DNA of 64,000 nt from NCBI GenBank assembly GCA_964016885.1, contig OZ024741.1:204228001-204292000 (forward strand), given 5' to 3'. Source of the stretch: Eledone cirrhosa (lineage: Eukaryota). Position 1 is the stretch's first letter. Every line of letters starts with the position of its first letter. The position numbers and the translations under genes were made by a program. This document shows, in pieces, positions 26,751 through 41,542 of this stretch. Under the pieces are notes generated by a model. It had not been told where the DNA came from, searched no databases, and saw nothing but the letters and a program-made list of their open reading frames with translations.

Positions 26751-26982
26751 CGGCGATGAATTAGTTTTGCGAGGTTTTTTATATGAAATCGTGTGTCGAA
26801 ACAAATATTGTTATACTTGGGGAGGGTCATATTTGTGTAATATTGCCAGAATTAATAACAGAACACACTCACTGTTTGGTTGGTTTTCGCTTCTCGCTTC
26901 TGTGTATTTTATATCGGTAATCTAACTTACTCGGTCCTCAATGTTGCCATTGACTGACCGACGGTCAAAAATACAGATACAG

Positions 26983-27262
<280 letters not shown>

Positions 27263-27263
27263 A

Positions 27264-27308
<45 letters not shown>

Positions 27309-27347
27309 ATATATATGTGTATATATATACATATATATATATAATTG

Positions 27348-27384
<37 letters not shown>

Positions 27385-28113
27385 ATAAGTAATTATCTCT
27401 ATTTCTTTCCCTATAGCTATCTCTCTACCTCACTCTCTCCCTCTCTCTCATACCCTACTTTAATTTTCCAATTCCATTCCGAATTCTGTTGCTATTGTGC
27501 ATGAGAAAGGCATGCACGCCACGGAAACCCCCGTTCAGCCCAATCTCCCTAACAATCCAATCAATACATAAGCCAGTATTTTTACCATGTCTCTCTATCT
27601 GTCTGTTTGTCACCATGACCTCCCCCACACACACACCCATACATCGCCTGCTCACTTCACTGTCGCTATGGCGACACATTAATTATTATATTGACGACGG
27701 CAACGACAACGGCGATGTTATTAGTGGTGAGGTGGGGGGTAGTGGGAGGTAGTGGGAGGTGATTGTTTAGAGAATAGTAGTGGGAGTAGTGTTGCGACTA
27801 CGACCACAACAACCGGTGGTGGCGCTAGTGAAGCCTACATTACAACAGCAGCTGACAGAGATAGCAGTGTGTGTGTTTGTTTGTTCGTGTGTGCGCGCGC
27901 GTACACAAACACAATTGTGTATGTATATATATATATATATGTATATATATAACGAAGGAAATGTGGTAAGGAACCAGATGGACCATAACGCACCAGACTA
28001 CTCAATACTTAGGGTGGTAGAGTGGGTAATAAGAAAAAGTTTGTCTCCGACGGCAGAGCTCAAGCCGTTTCGACGAACGGCTTGAGCTCTGCCGTCGGGG
28101 CCAAACATTTTCC

Positions 28114-28190
<77 letters not shown>

Positions 28191-28202
28191 ACACACAAGA
28201 AA

Positions 28203-28240
<38 letters not shown>

Positions 28241-28495
28241 CTTAGGTTCAATCGGGGGTAACCACAGTAAGTAAGGTACTCAATACATAGTAGAGTATAT
28301 ACAATATACGATTTCCTTAGAATGAAACAGTTCTAGTCCTGTAGAAGCCATTTATATATATATATATGAATGTATATACAGTGTATTATGCAATACAGTG
28401 TATGCTTAATTAAAAGCATTTCGAAGACCTTATGCTATTGTTTTAGAGTAGTGACAGTCTCACCTACTTTAATTTTCAGCAAACAGGGGAGATAA

Positions 28496-28540
28496 AGCTG
28501 ACAGAGCTCTGTTTCGCACTTGTTGGTGCTTATCAAAGCT
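28496..28540 (-). ncRNA. Minimal hammerhead, U3-A8 variant, diverged copy
   Basis: Minus strand AGCT-TTGATAA-GCAC-CAACAA-GTGC-GAAA-CAGAGCTCTG-TC-AGCT. Confidence 0.72.
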
Positions 28541-28667
28541 AAGTACTCCGCCTATTGGCTGAAAATCATGAATGTTTGATTCTTATAGAATTCTAGTAAT
28601 AATCAGGAACTGATTATACAGAGCGATTGCTGGTCAAGCAGAAATTGAAAATATATATATCATCATA

Positions 28668-29676
28668 ATCTATAAAGCTCAGTGTGTGGTCATGGCTCCT
28701 TCGTTATAGAAATCTACGATATAGAATTTCTTCAATTGAAATTTACAATTCAGTATTCGAAATAGTTTCGATTGCGTCTTGACGCAGATAATGTTTTCAA
28801 TTTCATCCACAATTACGCAAAAAATAGATAAAACTCAATATTTTACGATTTTTCTCTCTCATTTAAACTGCTAAACTCTTTCCACTACCATTCAAAATCT
28901 ATACAACTTCATACTTTCTGCTACTTTCTCTTTCCAAGCTTGATGGTGATACTGTCCGTTCACACCACTCCCTACTGTCTTAAATTTAGAAAACACATAT
29001 CCTCTATGAGGTTACTAAACCTGCTAGAAACAGCAGCTAACTCTCCTCATAGCACACCCCTCCCCACACCACTCCCTACTGTCTTAAATTTAGAAAACAC
29101 ATATCCTCTATGAGGTTACTAAACCTGCTAGAAACAGCAGCTAACTCTCCTCATAGCACACCCCTCCCCACACCACTCCCTACTGTCTTAAATTTAGAAA
29201 ACACATATCCTCTATGAGGTTACTAAACCTGCTAGAAACAGCAGCTAACTCGCCCCCATATCACACCCCTCCCTACTGTCTTAAATTTAGAAAACATATA
29301 TTCTATGAGGTCACTAAACCTGCTAGAAACAGCAGCTAACTCTCCCCCATATCACACCACTCCCTACTGTCTTAAATTTAGAAAACACACAGACAACCAT
29401 GCAGAACAACTCCATCGCAGCTCTGTTGTTCGGCTGGCATCGTCTACGCGCGTGTTGCGCAAGTACTGTGAAACAATAAATTTCAACACTTTTTTTGCAC
29501 AGAGATAATATCCATAGGCGAAACTACAATTGTCACTGCTGGCGCAGCTCATGCTTCCAGGTCTGCAATTCATTCACCCAGTGCCTGGCAGACAAAAAAG
29601 TGCTGCCATAAAATGGGTGGTGCAACCTAACTTTGGTAACTTAATGACCCCGAGCAACGCCGGGCTTTAATGCTAG
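28668..29676 (+). mobile_element. Non-autonomous Helitron-like element
   Basis: 3' hairpin CCCGAGCAACGCCGGG followed by CTAG|T. The 5' TC start (TCTATAAAG) is tentative. Confidence 0.6.
28961..29390. repeat. 104-bp tandem repeat, about 4 copies
   Basis: CACACCACTCCCTACTGTCTTAAATTTAGAAAACAC... recurs at 28961, 29065 and 29169, then shortened units. Confidence 0.95.
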
Positions 29677-30405
29677 TTATTGATAAAAATCACATAAGTT
29701 AAAAATTATTGTTTGTGCATGCCCCTAAACTTCATTCTTCATATTGGATTTTTATTTATTCTCCAAAGCAACACATTAAATAGACGGTTGCGTGTACTGG
29801 TAATGTGGAGATAAGTAAACCCTTAATATAAATACTTTCACTTTCCAGATTATGTATTGGCTGCTCTTTTATTTCGTATGTACTAACAGTTATATATATA
29901 TACTGTCTTCTCTTTATTAATTTTCCGAACTTTATTATTACTAATCTGTGATGCACGTGTTCTCTCTTCTCTCCCCAATATTCGCAATGATTTACATTTA
30001 ACATGATATCTTACTTTCGTCTTCTTGCCTTTTTTTCCTTCCTTTTTCTTTCTTTTCTCTCACAAGACTTTCGTGCTATAGATCGCAATAGCTTCTCCCT
30101 GGCGTCACATAAAATTCTGTGTAATATATGTTATAGCTTAATTACTATAAGTTATTGTTTTGTCTTGTCTCTTACTCCATGGACAGCGCTTTGGCTTGTG
30201 TCAGACGATGTTACCCCTGGTAAACCAGCATGCCCATTGGTAGGGATCGAAATTGCCGAAGCCCATCTCAACGACTCAAGAACCTGGAGTTCTGTGTCTT
30301 TCGTCTATATTTTTATTTTCAAAAAATAATTTTTTGAGGTTTCCCCTTTAAAAATTATTTTTCGTTTTGCCTTGTCTTCTCTTTGTTAATTTTCCGAAGT
30401 TTAAG

Positions 30406-30568
<163 letters not shown>

Positions 30569-30575
30569 CGTGTGT

Positions 30576-30770
30576 GGCAGCAAATTGGCAGAGTCATTAA
30601 GACGTCGGATAGAATGCTTTACGGTATTCGTCCCACCTCATTGCGCGCTCTCAGTTCAAATCCCGCCAGGGTCAACTTTGCCTTTCATCCTTTCGAGGTC
30701 GATAAAAAAGTACCAGTTCAGTACTGGGGTCGATTTTTCTTCAATAGAAAATATCGGCTGTGTTCAGACC
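30576..30770 (+). mobile_element. tRNA-derived SINE
   Basis: TGGCAGAGTCATTAAG A box, CAGTTCAAATCCCGCC B box, same body as 1698. Confidence 0.8.
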
Positions 30771-30846
30771 TGGAGAGGGTTGGGCTCCGCCAGGTTTAAA
30801 ACTGCCCTAGACACACCGTTTGATGGTGTCCCTACGACTCCGCAAG

Positions 30847-30880
<34 letters not shown>

Positions 30881-32032
30881 GCGTTACGTAATGGGGTCGT
30901 AGTCGCTGCAGATTATTATTATAGAAACTACGTAATATGATAACTGCAGCCTACTACCGTCCATCATCTCCGTATCAGTAATTGGTGCAAGTCGGGTGTT
31001 CTTTTGTTGCGTGTGTGTGTGTATGACATAATTTATCCTTACAAAATGATAATGTCATTTGGCTCCGTAGAGCTGCTCACAGAATAATTAACATTTCTTT
31101 TCAAGGTATTATCTTCATAAATTAATAGAACAACCTGTCCAGACTATCAGATACTTCGATTAGTTCAAAGTTTAAATACTCAATTCGAAGGTGAAATATA
31201 ATTTAAGCTTTTAATTCGGCTAGCCCATATAATGGGTGCGGATGGGAATGTGATTTATGGTCTGTCATTGTCTGATAAACCTCTTTTTAATCGTAGACAT
31301 GAAATTCTAATGTTGCTCGCATAATATTCTGCCAACATTTCAAAGACTGGCTTGTGATCCAACGTAGATCAAATTACCTTCATAAGTTAAATAGTGAATT
31401 TTCATAACCTTTAATGTTCTTTTTAATTAAGTACTTTTACAAATCTATTAATAGCCATATCCCAAATAAGAATTGAATAGCATATTTTAACGTCGTACTA
31501 ATATACTGGAGTAATACCTGAGTGATGACTATAAAACATAATCTTAACCCTGGAATTAATTCTATTGATTAACGCAATAAAGTTAAATTTTCTGTGCATT
31601 AGCTAGGTTAATATAATATTTGATAGTAATCTGCTGACATCAATCTGTAATAAGTTTTCGACTGGTCCACCATAATAATCTTTTCCTTGCGATAACGACT
31701 TTATTCTATCCTTTTCTTTAGGGGTAGATAAGGTTTTGTTTATGTATATCAGGAATGAATGCTTAAACAAGATAACTGCTTACCAGAGAATTTGACTCGA
31801 AGGTATCCTTGGTTATATATATATATATATAAAATTCGGACCCCGACAGCTGAGCTCCTGCCGTTTCAACAACTAGATCCGTTCGGATCTACTTCCCCAG
31901 GTATCGAGTACTCTGGTGAGTAATGGTCTAACTGGTTTTTACTGCATCCATTCTGATTTATGTGTGTGTGTATGTGCATTGGTAGTAGTAGTTTAAAAGT
32001 TTTAATAAAAAGGAATACACACTCACACATAA

Positions 32033-32098
<66 letters not shown>

Positions 32099-32304
32099 CA
32101 TACACATTGAATGGGACGGCCAATGACTCTCATGAGTTACTCCGCTCTTTGACGAATTTTGTTTTTCCTCCCGTGGGGTGCCCAATATCACCCTCCGCAC
32201 CAAGCAAGCTAGGTGGGGTTGCCGGTTTAGTCATCGACGACCCGACCATGTAACAGATGATTGTACTGGGTTACATGTTACCAGTCGCGCTCAAGAGGAA
32301 CCTG

Positions 32305-34655
32305 GAATAAAGAAAAGCGAACGAAAGTGGAAAGAAAAAGCAAAAGCCCTCCAAGAAACAGCTGACAAATTTGATTTGAAATCCTTTTATAGGAAATAGT
32401 CTTTGGTCCTATTTCAAACGGTTCCTCTCCAGTCCTTTCTCTAGAAAACAAATTATTAACCGACATGTGTTTTGGTCATTTTATGCCATAACATATCCTT
32501 TATAGTCGAAACGCTTTCTTGTTTAATATTTAAAAAGAAAATTTATGTGTAACATGAACTTTTTTATCCTAAAATTCTGTTCTTTTATAGTGTTAGTGCT
32601 AAGATTGAATGGATTATGCAATCTTGACCATGGGCAGCGATCCTGCAGCATTTGAGGCCCTTAAGTGTGGCCTTAGTGGAGCATCCTTTACCATAGACAT
32701 TGGCAAAAGTTATACAAATGCATATACATGTGTGTGTATGTCTGTGTATGTGTGTGTGTATGTGTGTGTGTACGTGTGCGCGCGCGTGTGTGTGTGAGTG
32801 TGTGTGTGTTATGGGCTTCCACATAGTTTCCTCTTTACCAACTTCAATTCACAACATTTGACAGAAAACACTTGACCAATGTCAATGTCCCACAACATCT
32901 AATTGAACCAGAAACTTCTCAAGTGTTCTCAATAGAGACTCAAACTTTAATATGGATATCATTAACAATCTTTCGCAGCATCCAGTATTGCAATACCTGT
33001 CAAACAATCCTTCTCTTTCAGAAATTAAAACTGCCATCAGACGACTGTCTATCGGCAAGACTCCGGTGATGATGGTCTTGCAGTTGAATTATACAAGTGT
33101 GGGCGTCAAACTCTGTTGACAAAACTCTTTGAGTTTTTAAAATGTGTACGGGAGAGAGGTTCTGTAAAACAGCTGTTTAAAGATATATCAATTATACACC
33201 TTTACAAGAGAGACATATGTGTATGCGATAACCATAGCGGGGGTGTCTCTCTTGTCAGTTGCAGGAAAGATATCCTGGACCGCCTAAACTCTTCTTTGGC
33301 AAAATATGTGCTACCTGAGTCACAGTGTGGGTTTAGATCGGAACGATGCACTGTTGATATGATGTTTAGTCTGAGACAACTACAGGAGAAATCTATGAAA
33401 CATGGACAGGAACTCTTTGTCACCTTTGTTGACTTTTCCAAGGCATTTGATAATCTTGTGATGCCTTATGGATCATCCTTGTGTGCCGAAGTAAATTCTT
33501 GACATCATAATATCCTTCCATTATTGAATGAAATCATCTTTTAACTCTGGTGGTGACTGCTCAGAATCTTTTGATGGGACCAATGGGACCAAACAAGGGT
33601 GTGTTTTGGTTCCTCTTCTTTTCGCTTTGTTTTCTTCAATGCTTTTCAAAATACCAATGAGGGAGTTTCTTTTGAGTTTCGAACAACAGAAGGTGTTTAC
33701 AGCCAGCAATGGTTTAAAGCAAAAACAAAGACCCTTGGTCAAGTAGCCCATAATCTTCTGTTTGTGGATGATTGTGCTCTTATGGTTCACAACTTGATGG
33801 ACGTGCACACTATACTAAATGCTTTTTCAGATGAATGAAAAGCGTTCTGACTTACAATCAGCATAAAAACGACTGAGCTCCTTTATCCGCCAATCACCGA
33901 GCAATAGCCACCTGCTCTACCAACAGATTTTGTGGATGGCAAACAGCTTAAGACAGTTGATATTTTCACCTTAATTGGTTCCATCATATCTAGTGGTGCA
34001 AAAATGGACAAGGAAGCAGATAACCGAATTACAAAGGCCAGTTTTGCGTTTAGTAAGTTATATCACAGGTTATGGGATTGTCTTTGAGGATGAAGGCTGG
34101 AGTTTATAAAGCTGCTGTACTCATCACACTTCTTTATGTATCGCAAACACATTAGACAATTAGATTCATTTCATATGCGATGCTTACGAGGAATCTGTGG
34201 CATCAAGTGGTCTGACAAGATCAGAAACAGTGAGGTCATTAAATGCTGCAATATCATCGGTATGGAGGCAATCTTAATCAAAACGAACCTGAGGTGGGCT
34301 GTCCAACTGGCAAGAATGGTTGAATCACGTTTACTAAAGCAGCTGTTGTTTGGTCAGCTAACAAGTGTGAAATATTGAGTTAGTCACCTCCTCCTCCAGT
34401 TTGAGGTCAAACTGAAGGACAACATGAAGTGTTACGGTATACATATTGAATGATGGAAGGGATAGGCTGTGGGTCGTCGAGGATGGAGGTCGGCTTCCTT
34501 CAGCCTGCTCACAGAGTTTGAGGCCAGCAGACGGGAGCATTATGATTGCGTGAGAACAAAAACTCGCGTCTCCGGAGGAGGGATGGGATTCGAGAGTACA
34601 TAACGCATAATGTTTGGTGGCCCTCATCTGCCGTCTGCGACGGAATAGTCCATAA
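32305..34655 (+). mobile_element. Degraded RTE LINE (RT and 3' end), interrupted at ~32460-32930
   Basis: WKEKAKALQETADKFDLKSFY; LPESQCGFRSERCTVDMMFSLRQLQEK..FVDFSKAFD; GTKQGCVLVPLLF; LLFVDDCAL; LDSFHMRCLR.I.GIKWSDKI. 3' stem-loop CCGTC-TGC-GACGG followed by a TGTA-rich tail. Confidence 0.9.
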
Positions 34656-34786
34656 TATATGTATATATGCATGTATATATGCATGTATGTGTGTATGTAT
34701 GTATGTATGTATGTGTGTCAGTATATATATATATATATATGTATGTGTGTAATTATATATAGTTTGCATGTGTGTATGTATGTATG

Positions 34787-34889
<103 letters not shown>

Positions 34890-35239
34890 AGTATCTTGTG
34901 TTTTCAGATAGACTTAATAGATGATTTAATGAGAGAAGTAATTAATGATAAATACATTTTGAAACAACAATGACATAAATGAACCATGAATTGATCACGT
35001 TTCTATGACAACCAACACACACTCTTCCCCATCCATCCTACGCTGGTGCATCACCACCGCCACCAACAGCACCTGCACCACCATCACTAACACCAACATT
35101 GCCCTGACACGGTAGCCAATCTGAAATGACTAGATTTGTAAATCTTCTTAGCGGCCGCTGATCTGTTAGGCCAAGGTATTACCTGTAGACTCAGAAGCTT
35201 TAGGCTGCTCTAATTACACTTACCTGTCTTATCAGCCCA

Positions 35240-35374
35240 CCTATCTATCTATCTATCTATCTTTCTTTCTATCTATCTATCTATCTACTTAACTATGTCT
35301 ACCTATCTATCTATCTAACTATCTATCTATCTAACTATCTATCTAACTATCTATCTAACTATCTATCTATCTAA

Positions 35375-35413
<39 letters not shown>

Positions 35414-35701
35414 CTTAACTATGTCTACCTATCTATCTATCTAACTGTCTATCTATCTAACTATCTATCAATCTGTCTGTCTGTCTGTTTGTCTGTCTAC
35501 CTTTTTATGCTGGTTACCATCTATCTATCTAACTATATTTATCTATCTATCTATCTATCTATATATCTCTTCGTATCTAACTAACAAACTAACTAACCAC
35601 CCACCTGCCTGCCCACGTGTCTACTTTTCTAGGCCTTTCCATTCAGCGAGTTGGGAAAATTACAAACGTCATAATCGTGTCATCACCAAGTTGGCAACTA
35701 C

Positions 35702-35786
<85 letters not shown>
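35240..35786. repeat. (CTAT)n degenerate array and (TAG)n array
   Basis: Direct simple repeats. Confidence 0.9.
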
Positions 35787-35787
<1 letters not shown>

Positions 35788-36429
35788 CTTCCCAAAATAG
35801 GGGTCGCGAGAAATATATGAATTTTTATTTTATTTTATATTCTAGCTTTAGGATCATTATTTGCTGGGTTTTGCAATTTTTCTTGCAAAAAACAAAACTG
35901 TGATTGTACATTTAAAAACAAATCCACAAATTTAAAATTTATTAATAACCGTGCTGAAAAATTCTGTCATATTGATATAATGACACAATGAATTTCTTTT
36001 ACCAAACGGGGAGAGGAGTTCTTGACAAATTTCTTTTTTATAGAAAGGGTAGCGATTTGGGGAAAGCCTCCTTTTGACAAAAGGATTTAATAATAGAAAT
36101 CATTGGCTGTTTTTTGCTATCAGGACGAACAACTAGATAAGGCTAATTTTTGAGGCACGTATATAACTATTGTTGTTGCTGTTATTATTGTTGTTGTTAT
36201 TGTTTTGCCAAAATATAGTGCTAGTGGAACTGACCTCCATCTCCCATATGTGCAACAAACTGAAATGATAATTAGCTACGTTGGCCAATGGCTCCATCCG
36301 TTTTTAAAGACGATAGTGTGTGATTTGAGTAAATTTGGCTTCCATTTCTAGAGGACCAAGTAACCGAATAAAAGCTTCATTGTTAAATTCAATTTGAGTT
36401 TCATAGAATTAAACACAATATAAAAACCA

Positions 36430-36659
36430 TCTTAATGCTGATCGCCATTGAGAGCTCCGGTGTCCTTCGTCCCCGGTCTACTGTTTTCATCCACTGTTGA
36501 AAACCTCCTGTGTCCTCGATGCCCAGACGGCCGTCATTTTCCTTCACCAAATCGAGAGGAGGATATCACGCCTGCAGGCAGAGCTCTGTGAGGTGAAAAG
36601 GCTGACGCAGTGCATGTCGCTGGCTTTTCAGCGCAGCAAAACGTTTGTCTTGTTCGAGG

Positions 36660-36660
<1 letters not shown>
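36430..36660 (+). mobile_element. CRE-like non-LTR retrotransposon C-terminal fragment
   Basis: FHPLLKTSCVLD..FLHQIERRI..RLTQCMSLAFQRS resembles the CRE RLE end (FxPxAxET.G...QRxSxAxQRGN). Confidence 0.5.
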
Positions 36661-36714
<54 letters not shown>

Positions 36715-37157
36715 CTCTACATCTTTGGTTGGGCGCTACATTTCAGTTGCTCCATTTAAATACCAGGATAAATTTTCATTTAGTCCAGAATTAGCCGTCG
36801 AAACGGCTTGAGCTCAGCTGTCGGGGTCTTACTGGTTCCTATATATATATATATATATATATGAATAAATTTAGTCCTTCAGTGATCTTCCAACCTTCAT
36901 TGGTATTTCATCGCTTTAAAGACCATATACCTCCGGTTGGTGCGAGCAACGGCTAAAGAAAGTCGTTGGGACACGTTAATAAGGGGAACGAGCGAGACAG
37001 TAAACAATCAAAGATGGTAATGCAACGAAAAGTGAGGAAGAAGGAGTCAAGTCCCTGAAATCGATATATATATATACAGTACTGTTCAATTCTTCGCTTC
37101 GAGGACACATCTTTTAATACCTCTAATTTTTTTCTAATTTCTGATTATTATTTTGGA

Positions 37158-37335
37158 TTGGCAGTATCGGTAGAGAGTCGGGCACCATGCTTTGAAGCAT
37201 AGAGTTACGTCCCTTTAGGATCTGAGTTCAAATCCCGCCGAGGTTAACTTTGCCTTTCATCCTTACGGGGTCGATAAAATAAAGTACCAGTAATGCTCTG
37301 GGTAATTGCTGGCCTTGTGCCTAAAATAGAAACAA
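37158..37335 (+). mobile_element. tRNA-derived SINE
   Basis: Close to the 1698 copy, including the A and B boxes. Confidence 0.85.
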
Positions 37336-37353
37336 TTATTTCTTTTTAAATAA

Positions 37354-38300
37354 ATGGTGACAAATATCAAGCTAATGAAAAGGCATTGTGTAATCTTTGC
37401 CTTAAATGCAAAGCATAGAGATTTAGAGATTGCTCGCTTCCTGAAAGTTGCACGGTGGTTTGTTGTCAAATTTCGCGAAGAACTGGAATCTGCTTGCGGA
37501 GATTCTCAACACCTGGTAGGGGTCCTAACACAATCAGAACACTCAAATTGTACAAAAGGTGGAAAAAATTATCGATAAGAACCTCAGAAAGTCAATTAGC
37601 GCCCTTACTAAGGAGCTCAAGGTCTCAAGGCACACTATCATAAGAATTGTGCATGAAGACCTACGATACAAGTCATATGTGACGCGGAGATCAATTCTGC
37701 AAAGACAAAAGATAACCCTCTGATCTACATAAAGCACTTGGTCAACCGAAGAAACGACAAATGATTATGCAGATACCTTAAATACGTTACAATGGTCATG
37801 CATACAAAGGCAACTGTCATGGTTCTGGGAGTCGTGAGCAATGAGAGAGATGTCATACTTCCTCACTGCTTTTCCTCGGAGCTTAAGGGTCACTGCTACT
37901 AATTATAAGGAGGTGTTAGAGAGGGCTGTGATGCCTTGGATAGAGAACGTGAGCAAAAGAAGATCGTATACCTACCAATGAGACTCTGCATTGTCTCATA
38001 AGACCAAGACGACCCAAGAATTGATGAGTCACATTCTCCACGTTTACGTCACTCCAAACATATCGTCTCCTAGCTTTCCAGACTTGAATCCGTTGAACTA
38101 CTACGTATGGAGTGTAGTCGAAAGTGAAGTCAATCAACACCCCCATAACACTATAAAATTTCTGAAGTTGGGCATAACTAGTACATCTAAAATAGATAAA
38201 GATCATCTGATTCTGGCATGTCATCGTTTCAGACCTCGTATTGAAGTAGTTATCGATGTTAACTACGGATTCATTGGGTAGATGCACCACTGATGCAGCT
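37354..38300 (+). pseudogene. Degraded Tc1/mariner (maT-like) transposase
   Basis: HTH-like LEIARFLKVARWFVVK; VMVLGVVSNE.DV..PH.F; Q*DSALSH; SPSFPDLNPLNYYVWSVVE..ACHRFRPRIEVVI. Frameshifted. Confidence 0.85.
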
Positions 38301-38609
38301 TTATATTCATTAATTAACTATTGCACTCACAAAGTTTTCCATTTCTTCCCTTTTTTTCCCACCTTTTTTCTGCAATCTTTCTTGTGCTTGTTTACGTAAA
38401 AATCCCATGTTTTTGCTGTTCTGTGCCTATGGAAGCACGTAACCGCTGATTTAAAAAAAAAAACGCTTAATGCTTTAGCCTTGTCACAACCTATTTTCTC
38501 AAGCTTCTTTGGTATGATTTGGATATCTATTCTAAATATAACATGTATGTAATTCGATTCATACACTGGAGTACTGAATTTTTATTTTTTTTATTTCACT
38601 GCTTCTGTT

Positions 38610-39130
38610 TTTAAGCACACCGAGCTGAACAGGGTGCAATTCCTCACTGAGGGCCCTCACAACTGACTTGCAGGCTATCTTCGCCGTGAACCGCCAAAAG
38701 ATGTTGCCTACTGCATTGGGTCGAATACTTCTGTTATTCTTTTTCAACACAGTCATGTTGGCAGAGAAAAGATTTCGGTTTTGGCATGGCGAGGTGGATA
38801 GCTCCAAGGGGGGGGGGGTGTTCGTTAGAGCAGTGATCAACCTACGCAGACGTACTCAGGCATTGGTTGAATATAGCCAAATTAGATCTCTGAAGTGTCC
38901 TGGTCGCAGGCCATCCACCCCTCTACATCTGCTACCTAGGAAGGATCTCAGGATAGCTATCACATCCTCCTTGGAGGCGGACAAGGAGATATGACTGGTG
39001 GGAGCCTGGAAGTCTTGCATATCGACCGGGGGTTTGGGTATTTCAGGTGGAGAGCGGCTGGCCTCCGATGTGAGCCGGGGGAGCGTGCTGTTCAAAACCA
39101 GCACACGCACTCCAACAGAAATGTCACCTT
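38610..39130 (-). mobile_element. CRE-like RT N-terminal fragment
   Basis: GVDGLRPGHFRDL..KKNNRSIRPNAVGNIFWRFTAK..LHPVQLGV. Confidence 0.7.
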
Positions 39131-39838
39131 CGTTTAATTTTCAATTGATTAAATTGTAGTCTTAATACAAAAATAAACTATTCTGTGAGATATCAATAGG
39201 CAACAGGAAAGATACATGTATGTGTATGCATGTATGTATATATTATGTATGTATGTATTTGTTATGTATGTATGTATGTATTATGTATGCATATATGTAT
39301 GTATTAAGTATGCATGTTGGTATGTATGTAGGTAAGCCATCATGTAGGTATATATGTATCTATGCATGTATGTATATATGTATATATTATTTATGTATGT
39401 ATGCGTGTATGTATGTATGCATGTATGTATGTAGGTATGTATGTCAACAATATATAGTCTTTTTATATTGATAGGACTGGATATTATAGAGATCATTAGA
39501 AGAGGTCAGGACCAGTGTACTCACAAAGAAATTGTTGTTGTTGTTGTTGTTGTCGTTGTTGTTTAGTCCCAGTTTAACATTGACCCAATTTTCCTTTGGT
39601 CAAGCGATTCAAACTGTTAACATTTTGTCTTTTCGGGGGTTATGTTTTTAGGATTACCTTAGCCAATTATCTTTATAATTTCAAATTGTCATTTTGTCCG
39701 CGAGGCGCAGCGGAAACACCGCTCTGATTTAGATTATATCAACATGAGTATATCAACATTTCCCCTTCCTCCTTTCTTTTGTTGTCTAATAATCCTTGCT
39801 TTTTCCTTTCTTTTCCCCCTCATTTATAGCATTTATAG

Positions 39839-40129
39839 CAGTCACGGGCAACCTGCGGCCCGCGGTGCTTTCTCAATGGTTCGCCTAAGTCACCTAAGTG
39901 AAATCTTTCTGATTTTTTTATCCCGACTTTTTAGTTGTAATTTATCTTTCTATCATTTTTACGATCGAGGAAAACAACGTATACGAATTCTGAAGAAACA
40001 AATCAAAACAACCTGAGGTACAGCCCTTTTTTTTAATGTGGGCGCGAATGTAAATTAATACTTGTGGCCCGCCTGATGATGAACCATATCTCATGCGGCC
40101 CGCTTCTCGAAAAAGGCTGCCTATGCCTG
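39839..40129. mobile_element. hAT-type MITE with 8-bp TSD
   Basis: TIRs CAGTCACGGGCAACC / GGCTGCCTATGCCTG, subterminal GCGGCCCGC motifs, TSD ATTTATAG at 39831-39838 and 40130-40137. Confidence 0.88.
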
Positions 40130-40567
40130 ATTTATAGTCTTCGCCAAAGCAACTTCTTTCTTCTATATGTTAAATTCTTTATTATATTTATGTAATTTTA
40201 TACTATAAATATATTTTAGTATTTTGAAATTTAATATGTTTGCAATATGATAAGGACAAAAAGAAAGAGAGAAAGAAAGGAAAGAAGAAACGAAAAGATA
40301 AAAGTGCGAGAGAAAAGACGACAGTCAGTGACCAGGGACCCCCTTACCGTAATCGTTAACGGAATCTCCCGTAATTCGAGAGATACGGCAATTCGATTCA
40401 TCACAGGTGTCTCTGTCCTCTTCTTTCCGTCCTTGCTGCTATTTTATCTGATTTTCTCAACTAGTAATGATAGTAATCGTTATGATATAGTCATTTACGT
40501 TGAAACGGCTACATTTCATATATAAACCTGAATCAACTGAATATGGCCTCCCATCTTTTATTTATTT

Positions 40568-41174
40568 ATATATATATAACTTCTAGTTCCTGTCTGTTTG
40601 TTTGTTTGTTCACGAACTCCTCCTATGGTTTTGGAGATAGACCCCCGTAACCATATATATTCTGAAACTACATTGCCCAGGGTACTTGGATAAGTATATT
40701 TCATTTTAATCAAAGGGTTCCCCGGGGGCACAAACCCCCGCTTGCCTCCCGCTGAAAATTTTTTCCCTTCGATTTGAAATTTAAATTTTTTTCCTTCGAT
40801 ATGAAATTTAAACCATAGGTAAATGACAAGCCTATTCACAATATTTCAGCAAATTTTAATAATATTAAGACACCCTATAGTGAAAATGTTGGAAGCCCAG
40901 AACTTGGGTCTACGGGGTTTTTCTATTAATTAAACGTAAATCAACAAAAAGAAGCACCTCTCTTTTATAGTAAAATTTGGCTAATTTAGACATTTTATCT
41001 ATAGTAAAACATCACTAGAATTATGACAACAAAAATTATTAGTTAATGCCTCTACCTTTTTAACATTTTCCCTTTATTTTTTTCTCCATAAATTGTATCA
41101 CTGATTTAAAATCAATCATGATTTTCTTACAAAAAAATGTGTGAAACGCAGCAAGGTTCGGGTAATTCGGCTAG
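40568..41174 (+). mobile_element. Non-autonomous Helitron-like element
   Basis: Ends ..ACGCAGCAAGGTTCGGGTAATTCGGCTAG|T. The 5' region with TCTGTTTGTTTG microsatellite is typical of such elements. Confidence 0.5.
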
Positions 41175-41193
41175 TATATATATATATATATAT

Positions 41194-41542
41194 AAAAAGA
41201 TGAAATCGAAAATGCAACTGGAGTCTTATTTTTTTAAAAAATATATATATTTATTTGGTTCCTTTACCGGTTTCGCAGTTCTTCTGCTTTTCAAAAGTAG
41301 AGTTGAGATGGAGGGTCTGTGATTTTTCTCACATCTGATGTGAGAAAAACCACAGACCCTCCATCTCAACTCTACTTTTGAAAAGCAGAAGAACTGCGAA
41401 ACCGGTAAAGGAACCAAATAAATATATATATTTTTTTTAAAAATAAGACTCCAGTTGCATTTTCGATTTCATCTTTTTTTCTTTATACTTTCACTCGTGT
41501 AGGACACCTCGGTTATTTTTCATTTTGTAAAAAAAACCTCAC

